A stretch of 64,000 nt of DNA. It comes from Podarcis muralis. Lineage: Eukaryota. Under the pieces are notes generated by a model, which saw only the letters and a program-made list of their open reading frames with translations, ran no database searches and was not told where the DNA came from. The position numbers and the translations under genes were made by a program. Positions 11,289 through 23,380 of the stretch are shown here, in pieces (within the stretch, counting starts at the first letter, position 1; every line of letters starts with the position of its first letter). The stretch is from positions 25,978,001 to 26,042,000 of the forward strand of contig NC_135667.1 in the NCBI RefSeq assembly GCF_964188315.1, in the 5' to 3' direction.

Positions 11289-11651
11289 CTAGATTTAGGT
11301 TGGTAGCCATGTTGGTCTGAAGCAGTCGAAATAAATTAAAGAATTGTCTAGTAGCACCTTAGAGACCAACTACGGTAAGTTTGTTCTGGGTATAAGCTTT
11401 TATGTGCATACTATCCCTTGCAAAATTGTAGGACTAATTGCAGTCGTTAGCAGTCGTCAACAGGTTTACCATACCCATTGAGTCAATCACCCATCTCATA
11501 CTACCCTTCTGAGGAAAAACCCACTCCACCCTCCCACTATATATAAGGGTCTGGTGACTTCTGTTTCAGTGTATCTGAAGAAGTGTGCATGCACACGAAA
11601 GCTTATACCCAGAACAAACTTTGTTGGTCTCTAAGGTGCTACTGGACAATT
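11289..11651. mobile_element. Penelope-like element 3' region, second head-to-head fold-back (left arm to about 11411, right arm to 11651)
   Basis: ttgtctagtagcaccttagagacc...aagtttgttctgggtataagcttt is the reverse complement of aaagcttatacccagaacaaactt...ggtctctaaggtgctactggacaa; same family as 4414-4813. Confidence 0.8.
11571..11608 (+). ncRNA. Minimal type I hammerhead ribozyme motif (best-preserved copy)
   Basis: GUAU-CUGAAGA-A-GUGUG CAUG CACAC-GAA-AGCU-U-AUAC: stems I and II perfect, palindromic AGCU stem III. Confidence 0.75.
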
Positions 11652-11766
11652 ATAAAGAGCCCTTCCTAGCCATTCACACAGCTGCTGAGGTGTTATGGTT
11701 TATGCACAATCCAACTGCTTAGTACCCAGATGCAGTTGATGGCAGGAAAGGATACGGAGAACAGAA

Positions 11767-13321
11767 GGAGGAATGAGTTTTAACTGGATTTATACATGGT
11801 CTTTGGAAGTCCTGATGTAATTGAGCTTTGCCCACAAATGTCCATCAAACAGTCTCTTATGCCTGAGTTGCTTCTACTTCTACTTCTACTTCTGCTTTGC
11901 TTTTTAAAAAAAGTAAACTCCCCCCTGATTCTCTCAACAGAGAGGGTTGCGGGTTTTTTAGGCTGATTGACTTGCCAAATTATTTTCAAAAACGCATTCA
12001 TTGCAAGTAATACACACACACACACACACACACACACATTACTGGCATCTGAATAGTGGAGATGGACACCTGACTTTAATAACTGAGTTAGAACATTGGT
12101 TCATGTAACTCAGTATTGTCTACACTCCAGGGTTTGGGGCAAGGGATATTCTCAGGCCTATGAGGAGATGCTGGTGATAGCCTAGGCATGCTTTACCACT
12201 GAACCACTGTGGCAACATGAGAGACTGTCCTGTGAAGAAGAAATGTGAGGGATGAAAAAATGTATGCATGTATTATTAGTTAATAAAAACAGATTACACT
12301 ATATGTAAAAATGAATAAATCTGAGGTTTTCTTATTGATCTCAGCTCACCATCATCATCAAAATGCTCCAATTCCTTATGTACAACTCTTAGCTTGTCAA
12401 GTTTGTTGTTGTTTCACCTTGCTTTGATATTTCTTACAATATGAAGTGTTTCTGATTACATTACAAGGTCAAGCTGATTTGCAGTTACTTCCTTTAAAGT
12501 GTGAAAATGTTCACTTAGTTGCAGAGATAAGCAACCTACTGCTTGAAAATATGGTCCTTCTAAGGAAACAACCATTCAAAGTTTTTCCTATAGTGTGGCA
12601 GCATTTTATGGTGTCCCAGTAACCTGCTTCTTAAATATTTTGGATCATTTCCCCCTGAACTAATTCAGCTTTCAAGGACCTAGTGCCCTCCTCTCTCTTC
12701 CATTGGAGCAATGTGCCATGTTCCTCTCCTACCACAGCAGATATTTCATTCTCCATTGGGTCAGATTTTGAATCAAAATGAAATGAAAACATTAGCTTTT
12801 GTTCTGTTTCACTTAAAAGTACATATCGGCACCTACCTCTGAAACAAGCGAGTCACGACAATGTTCTTTCTGTGTTCAGTGTTAATGCATGTGTAAATAG
12901 TCCCATAACACTTGGGGGACAATTGCTTGCATAGTCAAGCTCAATCTCTTGAGAACTACTAAGCTTCAAGATGCAAGAGCTCCTAGTGGGACTAGCTTCC
13001 AGATGTGCTCTGTTTTGTAAGATTAAAACATACCACAATTTAAGAGATACTTCAAAGGATGGGGGAGGAATGAGTTTTAAGTGGATTTATACATGGTCTT
13101 TAGAAGTCCTGATGTAACTGAGCTTTGTCCACAAATATCCTCATATGCCTCAAACAGCCTCATATGCCTGAGCTGCTTCTACTTCTACTTCTGCTTTGCT
13201 TTGTTTTTTAAAAAACTAAACTCCCCCCTGATTCCCCTGATTCTCTCAATAGAAAGGGTTTTTGTTTTTTTAAGGCTGATTAACATGCAAAATTATTTCC
13301 AAAAACACATTCATTGCAAGT
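11767..13321 (+). repeat. Dispersed direct duplication of about 245 bp (11767-12008 and 13064-13321)
   Basis: Both start ggaggaatgagttttaa and end cattgcaagt, colinear with scattered substitutions and small indels. Confidence 0.85.
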
Positions 13322-13913
13322 ATAATACATATCTAAAGTACTATATTTCTGCAACATGATTTTAAAAAGTATTAATAAAGTTACATGCATTGTGGTATGT
13401 ACTGATATATTTGGAAATGTGTACTCTTTATGTACTGATATATTAGGAAATGTGGAGTGTATTATGCATATGCTATTATATGAATAATAATACAAAATTC
13501 AATTCAAAAGGCAATAAGAACAGAACAGGGAAATGAACAAACTGAAGCATTTATTATTCATGGTCAGCAACTCTGGACATCCCTGACTATTGGTCATGCT
13601 GGCTGGGGATAATGGGAGTTGCAGTCCAACAACATCTAGAAGGTTGCACGTTGGCAATCTCTGACATATGAAGATGCTAGCTTAACAATGTATTACTAGC
13701 AAGCTGAGGTAGCCTAATCAACACTAAAGACAGAAAGTGTGTTAAACAGTGTAAAAGCTTTCATGTTTAGCCTGTGTGTCTATATTTACAGATAAACATA
13801 CTTGGCCCACACTCACAGAGAGTTGCTGGATAAACATACTTGGCCCACACTCACATTGCCTGGGCAACCAATGAACTATTTCCGGGCTCTGTAGCATGGC
13901 TCAGACACATTCC

Positions 13914-13949
<36 letters not shown>

Positions 13950-14218
13950 GCTACACAATACAGAAAGATTGCAGTGTCAGAAAAGAAAAGAAAATGTTGC
14001 TGGAAGAAAAAGAGGTGTCCCACAAAGCAACTTTGTCACCCTCAAAATTTGACTCATATTCAACTATCTATGTTATTGTTGGAGCCGTCTCAGTTGGGTT
14101 GAGGCCATTTGTCAGTTACGCTCCTTCACTGACAGGAAAGGAGGACGATAACATAGAGAGAGAGAGCAGTGAAGAATGGAATACAGGGGGGAGGGAGAAG
14201 CAGCAGAGAACAGCAGTA

Positions 14219-14572
14219 CAGTGGTACCTCGCAAGACGAATGCCTCGCAAGACGGAAAACTCGCAATACGAAAGGGTTTTTGGTTTTTTGAGTTGCTTCG
14301 CAAGATGATTTTCCCTATGGGCTTGCTTCGCAAGACGGAAATGTCTTGCAAGTTTGTTTCCTTTTTCTTAAAACCGTTAATACAGTTGTGACTTGACTTC
14401 GAGGAGCAACTCATAGCACGTGGTGTGGTAGCCTTTTTTGAGGTTTTTGAAGACTTTGGTGATTTTTGAAGCTTTTCCAAAACTTTTCCGACACCGTGCT
14501 TCGCAAGACGAAAAAATCGCAAGCCAAAAAAACTCGCAGAACGAATTAATTTCGTCTTGCGAGGCACCACTG
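14219..14572. mobile_element. Tc1/mariner (Tigger/pogo-like) MITE, 354 bp, TA TSD
   Basis: TIR cagtggtacctcgcaagacgaa / ttcgtcttgcgaggcaccactg; TA at 14217-14218 and 14573-14574. Confidence 0.9.
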
Positions 14573-14598
14573 TAACTTGATCTCTGAGCACAGAGATA

Positions 14599-14840
14599 CA
14601 GTGGTACCTCGGGTTACAGACTCTTCAGGTTACAGATGCTTCAGGATACAGACTCCGCTAACCCAGAAATAGTACCTCGGGTTAAGAACTTTGCTTCAGG
14701 AAGAGAACAGAAATCGTGCTCCGGCAGTGTGACGGCAGCGGGAGGTCCCATTAGCTAAAGTGGTACCTCAGGTTAAGAACAGTTCCAGGTTAAGAACGGA
14801 CCTCCAGAACGAATTAAGTTCTTAACCTGAGGTACCACTG
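14599..14840. mobile_element. Tigger-like MITE of a second family, 242 bp, TA TSD
   Basis: TIR cagtggtacctc / gaggtaccactg; TA at 14597-14598 and 14841-14842; sister copies at 55931 and 58403. Confidence 0.9.
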
Positions 14841-15501
14841 TAATGGAAGGGAGAGCCAGAGTGAAAGTATGTAGCTTGTCAGCTCAGATAATGACTCAGA
14901 CTCAGGAACACCGGCAGTGTTCTCTCCAAAATCTCACAGGGTCTCAAGACTTTACGAGAAGCACGAAAATGAAAGGAAGAGAAGGTGGGGGTTTTCCTGT
15001 TGGGGGAAGGGGCGGGGCTTAGTTCCGGCAACTGTGCTTTCTGAGGATGACAAAGATTAGTTGAGCTCCGACCCAGGGCTTGTTATTGGACTAATAAATC
15101 TGAAATAATTTACTGCCGGAGTCATCTTTTGCTTGTGGGAGAGACCCAAGCCATTATAGCATTGCTTCAGGTGGAAGCATGCCCATGGCTGTCTTGCCTG
15201 CCCCATCATCTCCACCAGTGGCAGAGAAGTGCCGCTGCCAGCAGCACCAATTTTGAGCAAGAGTGTGTCCATTGGTGGCAATGTCTCATCTGAAATTGCC
15301 ATGCTCTTGCCCCAAATTGGTGCTGGTAGCAGTGCTGCTTCTCTGCCAGCAGTGGATATAGCAGGGCTCACAGCAGCAGGAGGAGGAGGAGCAGGCGGTG
15401 GGGTTGGCAAGAGCAACAGGGCAAAGCGGCACTTCCCATTTTGCCTCAAGTGGAGAAACTGATTGTTGTGCACTGCCAACCATAAAAATATAATATAGTG
15501 T

Positions 15502-16434
15502 TTACTGGGTGAAAGCGAACCTTTTCAACAGTCTTCCCAAGGCATCTTTGACCTCCTTGTTCCTCAAGCTGTAGATTAATGGGTTCAACATTGGGATGAC
15601 AATAGTGTAGAAGACAGATACCACTTTACCTTGGTTAGGAGAAGCGAGAGCTCCAGGTTGGCCATACATAAAGAAAGCTGTCCCAAAGAACAAAACTACA
15701 GCCATGATATGAGAAGTACAGGTTGAGAAAGCCTTGTGTCTCCCCTCCACCGAAGGTATGCGCAGGATTGTGGCTACTATGTAGCCGTAGGAGATTAGGA
15801 CAGTTGTGGAGGTGATAATAATGATAAATCCACACATCCCCAAAAGCACCATTTCATTTACAAAAGTGTCTGAGCAAGAGGCCTTCATGACTGCTGGGAC
15901 ATCACAAAAGAACTGGTTGATCTCCCCTGGCTCACAGTAGGACAAGCTGAATGAAAGGCTTGTTTGTGTGCAACAATTGATAAAGCCAAAACAGTAGGAA
16001 ATGGCCACCAGAAGGGTGCAGGTCTTCTTGGACATGGTGACATTGTAAAGCAGCGGATTGCAGATGGCAGTGAACCAATCATACGCCATCACAGCAAGGA
16101 AAAAACATTCGGTGGTCCCAAAGAGAGAGAAGAAAAACATTTGAGTGGCACACTCATTGTAGGAAATGGCCTTGTTTCCAGTAGCAAAACTCAGCATAGC
16201 TTTGGGAGTGATGACTGAAGAGTAGCAGACATCCAAGAAGGATAAGTTTTTCAAGAAAAAGTACATAGGGCTTTGCAGTTGGCCATCAGTAGTGATGATG
16301 GTTATCATTCCAATATTTCCTATTAAGGTAATGACATACAACAGCAGGAAGAGAATAGAGAGAGCCAGCTGTAGTTCCATATTGCCTTGGAAACCTGCTA
16401 AAATGAATTGTGTAATCATTGTGTGGTTTTCCAT
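15502..16434 (-). CDS. Olfactory receptor, OR9S (Olfr12)-like, 310 aa; MAYDWF replaces MAYDRF
   Basis: MENHT, SPMYFFL, KAFSTCTSH, PMLNPLIYSLRN; close paralog of 8669-9601 (shared FFCDVPAVMKASCSDTFVNEMVLL). Confidence 0.93.
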   Translation of the reverse strand: MENHTMITQFILAGFQGNMELQLALSILFLLLYVITLIGNIGMITIITTDGQLQSPMYFFLKNLSFLDVCYSSVITPKAMLSFATGNKAISYNECATQMFFFSLFGTTECFFLAVMAYDWFTAICNPLLYNVTMSKKTCTLLVAISYCFGFINCCTQTSLSFSLSYCEPGEINQFFCDVPAVMKASCSDTFVNEMVLLGMCGFIIIITSTTVLISYGYIVATILRIPSVEGRHKAFSTCTSHIMAVVLFFGTAFFMYGQPGALASPNQGKVVSVFYTIVIPMLNPLIYSLRNKEVKDALGRLLKRFAFTQ

Positions 16435-19400
16435 TTTCTTTTCTTGACCATAAAGAACATGGGTTGTAATTATGATGGGGGATTTAAAGCAGAATCGTGC
16501 CTTCTGTCTCCATTGCTGTCTATGTCATATGATAAAATATTATTGGATTTCCACAGTTAACTGCAACATTATCCATTTGCCACACCATTTTATTTCTCTC
16601 TTTTTAAAATAAGAACCGATGAATACAGTGCAAGGTTTGTCTTTCTTGAAATTATTTCAGTTCTGGAAGACAAATGCAAGTGTGAACAGATTTTTGCAAG
16701 AGATGGTGTTGTGGACTCCTTAAAATATCAAATAAACAACATCTAGAATACCGTAACAACTATAATAACAATATATCTGTTTTCACCTAATATTGACTGC
16801 TTTGTTATTTATTCTGCAAGTAAGTTTTCAATGTGTGTAATTTTTCTACACTGCCTTGTGAAAGATGGCATCTACACTATATGGAAATGAGAATGCTCTG
16901 CTGCATTCATTGAAAAGCAACAGATCCAAGCTTGCCACAAAATGTACACTTGACAAAATGTCAAGCTCTTGTATGGTACATGCATCTGCTGTACATGGCC
17001 ATGCTGCGACCTCATTAATCTTGCACTTAACTGAGGTTTTTCAAATGTATTATACCATCGTTCTAAAATGAGCTTCATAATAATTTCCTAAATCAGACTG
17101 TCAGAGCTGTTACCTTGCCTTGCCCAGTGAAAATGAATTGCATTTTTACTGGTTTAGGAAATTGGTCCCCAACTCCCCATATTAGTAGAATAGTGTGATG
17201 CTTTACTTGCTGTGCTCTATTATTCGAACTGCAAGCCAGGGATAACATGATTGAGTCCTCTCTTGCCTGTGATTGATAGCTCTTGTTCATCTGATTTGAC
17301 TACAACAGGTCCCAGGTGCAATCTCCAGCATCTCCAGAAAGGGCTAAGTATGACAGCTACCTGAGATCCTGGACATCTGCTGCCAATAAGTGTCGGCCAG
17401 TTATCTTCAGCCTTTTCAGACTCAGGACCCACTTTTAACTGAAACATGCATTTGGGTACCCATCTCTTCATATGCTACCGTACATCTGCATGGTGGTAGT
17501 GCTCCTGGACCAGGTCATGACTGAGTAGTAGGTCCTGGCCAGTTGAAGATCAGTGGGTAGACAATACTGAGCTAGATAGATCAGTTGTGTGAGTGAGCAT
17601 AAGGAAGATCTTTATTTTTCTATGTTCCTAGACAGAGCATCATACAAAATATTGACTAGCCCTAGATGCAGACAGTATTGTCAATTCTCGCAATATGCAA
17701 ATCTTTTCAATGTGCTTCATTTTTATTAATTTTTTTTGTAAAATGAAAAAAGAGACCCATTCTCCCCCAAAGAGGAGCTCATTATAGAGTCATTATGTAA
17801 GTTGATGTGGCTCTGTGGCAGATAGAGCACTGAGTTCAGCACATGCATATAACCCAAAACTCATGAAAGCCATACACCCCATAGGGCTCCTTTCTTTTTA
17901 TTCATACAATATGAAAAGGAGAGAAGGAACAACTCAAGCGGTATCTCAGTGGATTAGTGAGTCATCATTGGGGATGTGTCTGTGGAAAAATATTGTGTTT
18001 GAGTTACCAGAGAGTAGTTCCAAAGTTTAACTGTATTTCATACATGCAACCAATGACTTGATTAATATCAAGTCATAGCTGCATATACACATTTCTTATG
18101 GTAGTCAGTTGGTTTTTGGTATTTTCTACCCACTGTGATCCCCAGTGGTTCTTATTCAGTTTTAAATAAGATACATTGACCAGGAGAAGAACAAGGAATT
18201 TTCCATCCTGCTAATAATTCCCTTCTCATAATTACAGTTTCTGCTCAAGGCAGACTGTTTTCCAAGATCGGGGTGGGGGTGGGGGGACACACCATCTGGA
18301 AAAACAAGCAAATGTGACTACTAGAAGCATGGTGTAGTAGACTTTTCTCTACTTCCCAGATGCCATGTACCTTTGAAGTGGAGCTGAGGGTTCTCTCCAA
18401 GTCCACATATCATTTCCTTTCACATCTCTGATGCACATGCAGGGCTTTCAGCAACTATCATTTTTATTACCCCATATAGAGTGTGGGCACTCACATTCTG
18501 CTTGAAGGACTGACAAATGATCCTTATGTACAGTGCAGGTTCCAAGTATACAATTTGTTGCATTTATCTTATAAATAATTTACTCTATGTATTGTTCCAA
18601 AACATGACTGTGAATGTAGTTAAGAAGTGCATTTCATCTCTAGAAAATATAATGGCTACTACTCTTTTTCTTCAACAGCCTCCGTAATAGCTAATGAAAA
18701 AAATAAATATGAAAACATGCAGTTACATGCTTTTTAAAAAGCCAGCTTGCATTACCTATTTTCCTTTTAGCAGACGTGGAGATATGTCAGAAAGTACTTA
18801 ATGTAAAGATGATCCAAACCCTTCTTCAAAGGGTTCACCATCTCTCATCCAATAATGTCAAAAGCTTCAGAATAAAAAGAATAAAAAATGTGGATGTACC
18901 TTGTTTCAAAATATTGCAGCTCCTAGCTATGGAGCAGAAATTTTAAATAGGAAATTTGTGTAACACACAATAATTATCAGTTTCAACTGTCTGTAATAAT
19001 TTTAGAAAATCTATTCATATACATGCTACAACCTTACTATGATTAGTTATGGTGGTTATATCATCAAGAATCATCTCTCACCTCCGTTAATCCAAGGATG
19101 GTGTACAAACTGTACATTTGCATGACTCTCAAACCTCTTTACTCCAAAGCCGTGCACCTTCAATTCATAGTTAAATCAAGATCTTCAGGGATTTTGCCTT
19201 CTCCCACTGAAATACATGAATGTATCTATAAATGTATTTAAAGTGGGGAGAACTTACCTCAGTGGGATTGTGTTCTTGTTTCTTGTAATAGTTTTCTCTC
19301 TTTAAGTAAATGGTGCTCACTTCAGACTCAGTCCCCAGAGTGTTACTATGTTCGGAAATGCAGAGCAGATGTAACATTTTCTAAGTGTAAATTAAACATC

Positions 19401-19562
19401 TGCATAACAGTGAGGGGTTTTGCAGTGTGCTGGCTATAGATTTGCTATACAGATAAATTAACAACAAGGAAGTTTATACATGTAGATTAAATTTGTTGCA
19501 CATTTTAAGATACTGGTTTTAGAAAGCACTCACAAGAAAACAAAATTTGTCATTTGGGTTTT

Positions 19563-19565
<3 letters not shown>

Positions 19566-19603
<38 letters not shown>
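19566..19603. repeat. (TC)n microsatellite
   Basis: Direct reading. Confidence 0.9.
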
Positions 19604-19604
<1 letters not shown>

Positions 19605-20078
19605 AATGTAAAGTAGCAGAAGACATCCAAGAAATGTGTGGGAAATACATGTAGACTGCTCCTGTACATCCAGGGACATCAAACTCCTAGATATAACTAG
19701 TTCTGTACTGAAATCTGTTGGCCAGAATTTCCATAAAGATTTTTCTTCTTTCCTGTCTGTGAAAGTGCCAAATTTTGAAGCCGCATAAGGTGCCACTTAA
19801 ATTTGAGACCCCAAGGTACGCCACTACTCTAGTCCTCTTTTAAAGTCATCCATATTGGTGGCCATTATTGCATGTTGTGGGTCCAAATTCCATAGTTGTT
19901 TTTTCTTCAGAGCGGACAAATCATTTTTATTGATTTTCCAAATTTTATCAAATGAGCCACAAATTAAGACAAATTCAATACAATTTCCCCCCAAATTCCA
20001 CAGTTTAACTATGCACAGTTGATGTAAGTAATGTGAGAGTGTAACACCAAGTCCATAGAAAACATGATGAGATAAAAG

Positions 20079-20905
20079 CAGGGCTGGATTTAGGTTTGAT
20101 GAGGCCCTAAGTTACTGAAGGTAATGGGGCCCTTTATATGTCCAGCTGTCCTTGGTCAACAACAAATTGCTGCTGTTTTTTGTGTGTTGAATATATGCTA
20201 TATCATAATTTATGGACCTAATAGGTATCTAAAGCCATTTGCACATGTTGCCATGCAACCAGTCCATGCAGAATGTAGGCACCTTATATATAGAAATGAG
20301 CAAATCAGTGATATTTTAGGGAGCAGGCTAGCAGGTGGGATCCATTACTTACATCATAGGAGCGTACACTGTTACTGTATGTAGGTTTTATTTTATTTGT
20401 TATAAAATTCTACCCACTGAAGCCAGGAACACACATCCTTTCAAGCTGGGAAAGTGTGTTCTCCTTCATGGAGAGCACGTGTTGCGGTGGGGGCTGCCAG
20501 GACAATCCAAAGTTGGGTGGCGGGCTAATTGATCATTGGCCACTGATGCGATTGGGGCTTCCCTTGTTGTTGGGAAGAAGTGAATGTTGCCATTTATTGA
20601 TTGACAGCCAGAAATACTAAAACTCCTTGCACGAGGCTAGGGCTTCCTCTTCTCGCCCGTGCATCGGATTGCCCGTCCCACCCTCCCTAGAATAGGGTTG
20701 TTCGCTTTGACCTTGCTATGCCTGTCATGGGGTCGTCTGGTTTGGAGCGGGGGGCCCTTTATCATTGTTTCAGGATACATTAAACATCTAAATGTGTGTG
20801 AATTAATGGAATATTGGTGTGATTGAAGGGGACAAGTGTATGAATGTCTCTATGGGCTTTGTAGGTGGCTTCCCCCCCCCCCCCCAACTTTTAGATTTGG
20901 CCCTG
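20079..20905. mobile_element. Possible non-autonomous hAT-like element
   Basis: Ends cagggctggattta / ttagatttggccctg are imperfect inverted repeats; the same end sequence occurs inverted at 21788-21815; no TSD found. Confidence 0.4.
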
Positions 20906-21720
20906 CACACTACCAGCATTTAAGCTTTGGAATGTGACCCTTAAGCCAAAAAGGCTTCTCCGCTCCCTGGCTGCTTCAAAAAACAGCTGTGCTTGCCTTT
21001 CTAATAGGCAAGAGCAGCCTGCTACTTACTTCTCTGTAACATTAAATCTGAACTCTTCCCTGGATTACAGTTGTTGCTTTTGTTAAATTTGTATAGAACC
21101 GAATGCCAAAATAGATTTCTAAGTGGTTTACAAATATAAAAACCAATTGCACAAATATTAAAATATAAACATCCATAATTAATCCATAACCCAGCCAGAT
21201 GGGTGGAGTATAAATAAATTGTTGCTGTTGTTACACACACAATAAAACATTGAAACATAAACCTCCATCATTAAAACATGCAGTAAAACAATCCCATTAA
21301 AACAATACAGTGCTTGAAACATTTTGAGAGACCAAGGGAATGTCTGTGTCTTCAAAGCCCAGTGCAATGCCAATAAAGGTGTGTCCTCTTGTATTTCAGC
21401 AGAGAGTGCTTTCCATAATACCAGTGCCACTAGACACAAGGTCTGTCTCTACATCACCAGAAGTTGATAACCAGAAGCTCATGGAAAGGCTAAAGTTGTT
21501 CCATTTGCTGAGCTTAATAGAGGGCAATTGGTTCTTTCAGATAACATAGTCCAGAGCTGTTTAGGGCTTTATATTTTAGTAACATAACTTTAAATCTGGC
21601 TTGGTACTTAATAGACAACCTGTGAAGTTTCCTTAGCACAGGTGTGACATGTGTCTAGTAAGGGGCACCACTCAGGCTATGGTATTCTGTGCTAATAGCA
21701 GTCTCCATATCACTCATAAG

Positions 21721-21815
21721 CAGTGCCAGATTTACGTATAAGCTAAACAAGCTATAGCTTAGGGCCCCATTATCTTCAGCAGCTTTGGGCCTCATCAAAC
21801 CTAAATCCGGCCCTG
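21721..21815. mobile_element. Short hAT-like MITE 17 bp downstream of the OR stop codon
   Basis: cagtgccagattta / taaatccggccctg imperfect TIRs; degenerate flanks ctcataag / gccataaa. Confidence 0.45.
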
Positions 21816-21832
21816 GCCATAAAAAAGCTTCC

Positions 21833-22783
21833 TTATGGCTTCCGCAACAGGGTTTTCTTTAGTGCTTGTTTCACTTCATTGTTCCTGAGACAGTAAATAA
21901 TCGGGTTGCAAAGGGGGACTATGACAGCATAAAGAAGTGAAACAAGTTTGCTCGAATTGAGGGAGCTGATGGCCCTGGGGCGGGCATAGATGAAAATACT
22001 GGCAGAGTAGAAGATCACTACCACAGTGAGGTGAGATGCACAAGTGGAGAATGCTTTCTGGCGGCCTTTGGCTGAGGGAATGCGTAGGATGGTGGAGATG
22101 ATATAAATGTAGGACATGATGGTGACACAAAGGGGAGTCAGTAGGATAAACAAAGCTAATATGAAATCTGTCAGCTCAGACATGGACATATCAGTGCAAG
22201 ACAAGTTCAGAAGTGGGGATACATCACAGAAGAAGTGATTTATGATATTGGGACCACAGTATGTCAACTGAGATATTAGGAGGACTTTCCACGTTGAGAT
22301 GAAAAAGCCACTCATCCATGATCCAGCTGCCAGCTGGATACAGAGAGTTTGTGTCATGATTACCTGGTAGCGCAAAGGGTAGCAGATGGCAACGTAGCGG
22401 TCATAGGCCATGACGGCAAGGAGGACACACTCAGTGCAGCCCAATGCCAGGAAGAAATAGAGTTGCATCATGCATCCCACAAAGGAGATCAGATTGCTCT
22501 CTATCACAAAGTTCACCATAGCCTTTGGCAGGGTGACGGTGATGTACCAGATCTCTAAGAAGGACAAGTTCCACAGAAAGAAGTACATGGGAGTGTGGAG
22601 GTTGCTGTTCACCCAGACTGTCAGCATTATTATGACGTTCTCAGACAAAACCAAAATGTAGACAATGAGGAACAATGTGAAGAGCAAGATTTGGAATTCC
22701 AGGGGTGTTGGGAAGCCCAGAAGAATGAAATCTCTAACACTGGATTGGTTCTGTCTCTCCGTGACTGAATGCCTGTTCTGCAT
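21833..22783 (-). CDS. OR6A2: Olfactory receptor, OR6A2 / rat I7-like (start codon uncertain, see findings)
   Basis: All OR motifs present; recalled I7 hallmarks [64 protein letters not shown]. Confidence 0.9.
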   Translation of the reverse strand: MQNRHSVTERQNQSSVRDFILLGFPTPLEFQILLFTLFLIVYILVLSENVIIMLTVWVNSNLHTPMYFFLWNLSFLEIWYITVTLPKAMVNFVIESNLISFVGCMMQLYFFLALGCTECVLLAVMAYDRYVAICYPLRYQVIMTQTLCIQLAAGSWMSGFFISTWKVLLISQLTYCGPNIINHFFCDVSPLLNLSCTDMSMSELTDFILALFILLTPLCVTIMSYIYIISTILRIPSAKGRQKAFSTCASHLTVVVIFYSASIFIYARPRAISSLNSSKLVSLLYAVIVPLCNPIIYCLRNNEVKQALKKTLLRKP

Positions 22784-22807
22784 AGAAAAAACACTTACAG
22801 TGATTAG
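22778..22807 (-). other. Splice acceptor with branch point in front of the OR6A2-like coding exon
   Basis: Minus strand ttttCTAATcactgtaagtgttttttctatgcAG; AG at 22779-22778, CTAAT at 22807-22803. Confidence 0.6.
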
Positions 22808-23348
22808 AAAAAGAACCCAGCACCCAAATTAGTTTTGTTTGTTTCAAAATATGAGGGGGTTTTTACAATCTAATTTTCTGGGACATCCAGTAGCTATAGC
22901 AAGCTTCCCTAGCCCCCACCTCAGTGCAGCTTAAGCAAAAAGTGATGCAGCTTGAGACAAACAAATCCTAATTTCACAACTCATAGGGTGGCCACACAGC
23001 CCTGGCCCAAAATGAGGATCAGTGTCATCAATGCAAAGTGAAAAGCCAGTGAGCCATGCATAAAAGCCACCTGTGCCTGACTCCCTCAGTCCAGTCGGCA
23101 GAAGAGCAAACCTTCTCTCCCCTCCCTTATATTTAAACATTTTTGTTGGTCACTTTTCATCTCTCCCAAATCCCTGCACTTCCAAATATATGCTCCGGAG
23201 AGTTGGCAGAGCTTCAAAATGTTGTGGGATGTAGTGCAGCAGGGTGCAAAGGAAAGGGGCAGTCACTGAAAATTGGCTTTTTCTCACCCCACTAGATCAA
23301 ATACCAGTCGGAGGTACTAACTAGATGTAACATGATAAAATAAGTAAT

Positions 23349-23380
<32 letters not shown>

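Noticed and set aside
14221-14560. CRISPR-like regularly recurring short repeats (gcaagacg)
   Set aside because: Eukaryotic context, irregular spacing, no unique spacers or cas genes; internal subterminal repeats of a MITE
14112-14591. 159-aa and neighbouring ORFs
   Set aside because: Lie within a MITE with internal gcaagacg repeats; no transposase similarity
15057-15479. 140-aa Pro/Ala-rich ORF just after the OR stop codon
   Set aside because: Low-complexity, open on both strands because of GC-rich repeat-like sequence, no domain recognised
20079-21815. One 1.7-kb transposon bounded by matching ends at 20079 and 21815
   Set aside because: Flanks gataaaag and gccataaa do not form a TSD, and each end has a nearer partner (20905 and 21721)
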